In this document: piece by piece, positions 61,380 through 64,000 of the stretch
Layout: each line of letters begins with the position of its first letter
Position numbering within the stretch: position 1 is the stretch's first letter
Assembly (NCBI RefSeq): GCF_963921235.1
Contig: NC_086110.1
Coordinates: 620,001-684,000, forward strand
DNA: 64,000 nt
Direction: 5' to 3'
Origin: Mobula hypostoma
Lineage: Eukaryota
Position numbers and translations under genes: made by a program
The notes under the pieces: generated by a model
Told to the model about the DNA's origin: nothing
Database searches by the model: none
Seen by the model: only the letters and a program-made list of their open reading frames with translations

Positions 61380-62045
61380 AAATTTGCAGATGACACTAAA
61401 ATGGTAGTGCAATGGACAGCGAGGAATAGATTACAGCACGATCTGTACCGGCTGGAAATTAGGCTGAAACATACAGACAGAATTTAATGCAGTGATGTGC
61501 AAGGTGTTGCACTTCTGTAGGACTAACCAGGTTAGGTCTTACACAGTGAAGGGTAGAACACTGAGAAGTGTGGTGGGGCAAAGGAATCTGTGAATATAGG
61601 TCCATAATTCATGGAAAGTGCATTCACAGCTAGATGGTCATTAAAAAGCTTTTGGCACGTTGGCCTTCATAAATAAAACTAACTGACTACAGGAGATGGA
61701 ATACTATGTTGCTGTTGTATAAGACATTAGCAAGGTCTAATCTGGAGTATTGTGGGTACTTTTGGTCATCTGCGTTAAGGTAAGCTGTAAATAAAGTTGA
61801 ATGAGTACAAAGAAAATTTCGAGGATGTTGCGGGACTGGAAGACGTGAGTTATTTGGAAAGATGGAATAGGTTCGGACTTTATTCCTCTAGAAGCCTGAG
61901 AGACGATTTGATACAGGTATACAAAATGTTGCTTGTTATAAGTAGGGTGAATGCAAGCAGGCTTTTTTGCACTGAGGTTGAGTGGGTCGACAACCAACAG
62001 TCATGTTAAGGGTGAAGGGTGAAAATCTTAAGGGGAACATGAGTG
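61380..62045 (+). mobile_element. CR1 fragment (decayed)
   Basis: aaatttgcagatgacactaaa (KFADDTK) to the ORF2 C-terminus. Confidence 0.7.
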
Positions 62046-62199
62046 GACAATATCTTTTGCGGGAGGATGCATTTTGAGGTCGATGAGCTTGCTCCGTTTT
62101 GTTCGTTTCTTTGTGCGGAAGGAGTGACTTCAGTGTAGATGTGCCTGTTCCGTTTTGTTCTGTATTTATTTTCTGCGGGAGGAGGGATTTGGAGCTTAA

Positions 62200-63543
62200 T
62201 GAGCTTAAGTTGATGGAGAAGATCCGGAGTAGCAGAACTTATGAACATTTGGAGAATTATAATATGATTAGGAACAGTCAGCATAGCTTTGTCAAGGGCA
62301 GGTCGGGCCTTCCGAGCCTGACTGATTTTTTTGAAGATGCGATTAAACACGTTGATGAAGTAATAGCAGTAAATGTAGTGTATATGGATTTCAGCAAGGC
62401 ATTTGACACGTTATCCCATGCAAGGCTTATTGAGAAAGTAAAGGGGCATGGGATCCAAGGGGACATTGTTTTGTGGATCCAGAACTGGCTTGCCCACAGA
62501 AGGCAAAGAGTGGCTGTAGACGGATCATAGTCGGCATGGAATTCGGTCACCAGGGGTGTGCCTCAGGGATCTGTTCTGGGACCCTTACTGTTCGTGATTT
62601 TTATAAATGACCATGCTGAGGAAGTGGAGGGATGGGTTAGTAAATTTGCTGATGACACATAGGTTGGAGGTGTTGTGGATAGTGTGAAGGGCTGTCAGAG
62701 GTTACTGCTGGACATTGATAGGATGCAAAACTGGACTGAGAGGTGGCAGATGGATTTCAACCCAGATAAGTGTGAAGTGGTTCATTTTGAATATAGCATT
62801 AATGTTAAGACTCTTGGCAGTGTGAATGATCAGAGGAATCTTGGGGTCTGAGTTCATAGGACGCTCAAAGCAGCTGCGCATATTGACTCTGTGGTTAAGA
62901 CGGCTTATGGTGTATGGCCTTCATCCATCGAGGAATTGAATTTAGGATCCGAGAGGTAATGTTGCAGCTATATAGGACGCTGATCAGACCCCACTTGTAG
63001 TAGTGTGCTCATTTCTGGTCAGCTCACTACAGGAAGGATGTGGAAGCCATCGAAAGGGTGCACAGGAAATTTACAACGATGTTGCTCGGACTGGGTTGTA
63101 TGCCTTATAAGAATGGTAGGAGTGAACTCCGCCTTTTCTCCTTGGAGTGACGGAGGTTGACAGGTGACCTCATAAAGTTATAGAAGATGATGAGAGGCAT
63201 TGACTGTGTGGATAGTCAGAGGCTTCTTCCCAGGGCTGAAATGGTTGTCGCAAGAGGACGCAGGTTTAAGGTTCTTGGTACTAGGTACAGAGCAGATGTC
63301 AGCGGTAAGTTTTTTCTTTACACTCAGAGAGTGGTGAGTGTGTGGCAGGGCCTTAGGCAATGGTGGTTGAGGCGAATACGATAGGGTCTTTTAAGGGACT
63401 TTTGGATAGGTATATGGTGCTTAGAAATAAAGAAGACTATAGGTAAACCTAGTAATTTCTAAGGTAGGGACATGTTGGGCATAACTTTGGGGGCCGAAGG
63501 TCCTGTATTTTACTGTAGATTTTCTGTGTTTCTATGTTTCTAT
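62200..63543 (+). mobile_element. CR1 LINE 3' portion with (TTTCTATG)n tail
   Basis: IRNSQHSFVKGRS.L..L.DFFED; YMDFSKAFD..SH; [10 protein letters not shown]; tail ttctgtgtttctatgtttctatg. Confidence 0.85.
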
Positions 63544-64000
63544 GTTACGTTGTTGCTGCTTTATTTTCCATGCGGGAGAAGGGATTTGGAGTTTGATGTG
63601 TTTTGTTTTACTTTAGTTTGTTTATTTGTGCGTGGGCGTGCGACGATTCGGGGACTGATGATTGTGCTGCCTTTCTTTTTTTTTCTTGGTTTCAAGGCTA
63701 CCCGGAGAAAAAAATCAATTTGTATACTTTGATAATAAATGAAACTTTGACTTTCTGCAGCTTTGACTTCTCCACTTAGCGGGACCTGAGGATGAGCTGA
63801 GAGCAGAATTGGTGCATGCGAATTGAATTTCACCGTTTTGGAGAGATTTGCATGGGCACATATTTGGTACGGTACAGAGGGCTGCGTTCCCGATGCATGT
63901 CGTTGGGAATACGCACATTAAAAAGTTCCTCATGGCCTGTTTTGTGCTGTATCTTTCTATGACTCTACAGCTTTCTGACTCTGTAACCTTGTCGAGCCAG

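Noticed and set aside
60200-64000. Expected 3' exons of a third tandem copy if the 32.4-kb period continued
   Set aside because: The region holds only CR1 and Rex fragments, with no homologue of exons 4-7, so the strict periodicity does not continue.

Overview
Eukaryotic vertebrate DNA, about 70% transposon-derived. The repeat mix (CR1 LINEs with (GAAACATA)n-type tails, Rex1/Babar-like LINEs, Penelope, Gypsy LTRs, Tc1) suggests a cartilaginous fish, which is an inference. The host content is a minus-strand tandem cluster of immunoglobulin-superfamily receptor genes. Gene B is complete, and I assembled it by hand from seven GT-AG exons with consistent phases: leader 39910-39856, V 39623-39303, C1 31940-31662, TM 30475-30365, cytoplasmic 29879-29833, 28137-28030 and 27941-27774. 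It encodes 362 aa: signal peptide, a V domain with a germline-joined J-like GNGT motif, a C1-set domain, an uncharged TM, and a tail with YADL, ITIM LIYTCV and ITSM TEYAGI. This is a non-rearranging VJ-C1 inhibitory receptor with an antigen-receptor/SIRP-like architecture. Four of its seven exons (leader, TM, 47-bp, 108-bp) are absent from the ORF track, and the terminal exon is shown only on the wrong strand. Gene A (leader 7616-7562, V 7319-6999) is a paralogue about 32.4 kb away whose remaining exons should lie left of the window. The two V exons differ at 32 amino-acid codons but only 5 purely silent codons. Two weaker candidates for decayed relatives lie at about 52.2 kb (+, ITIM-like terminal exon) and 55.4-56.0 kb (-, leader plus V). 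Repeat boundaries are approximate unless a TSD or terminal motif is cited. No prokaryotic features, CRISPR arrays, rRNA or tRNA genes were seen.
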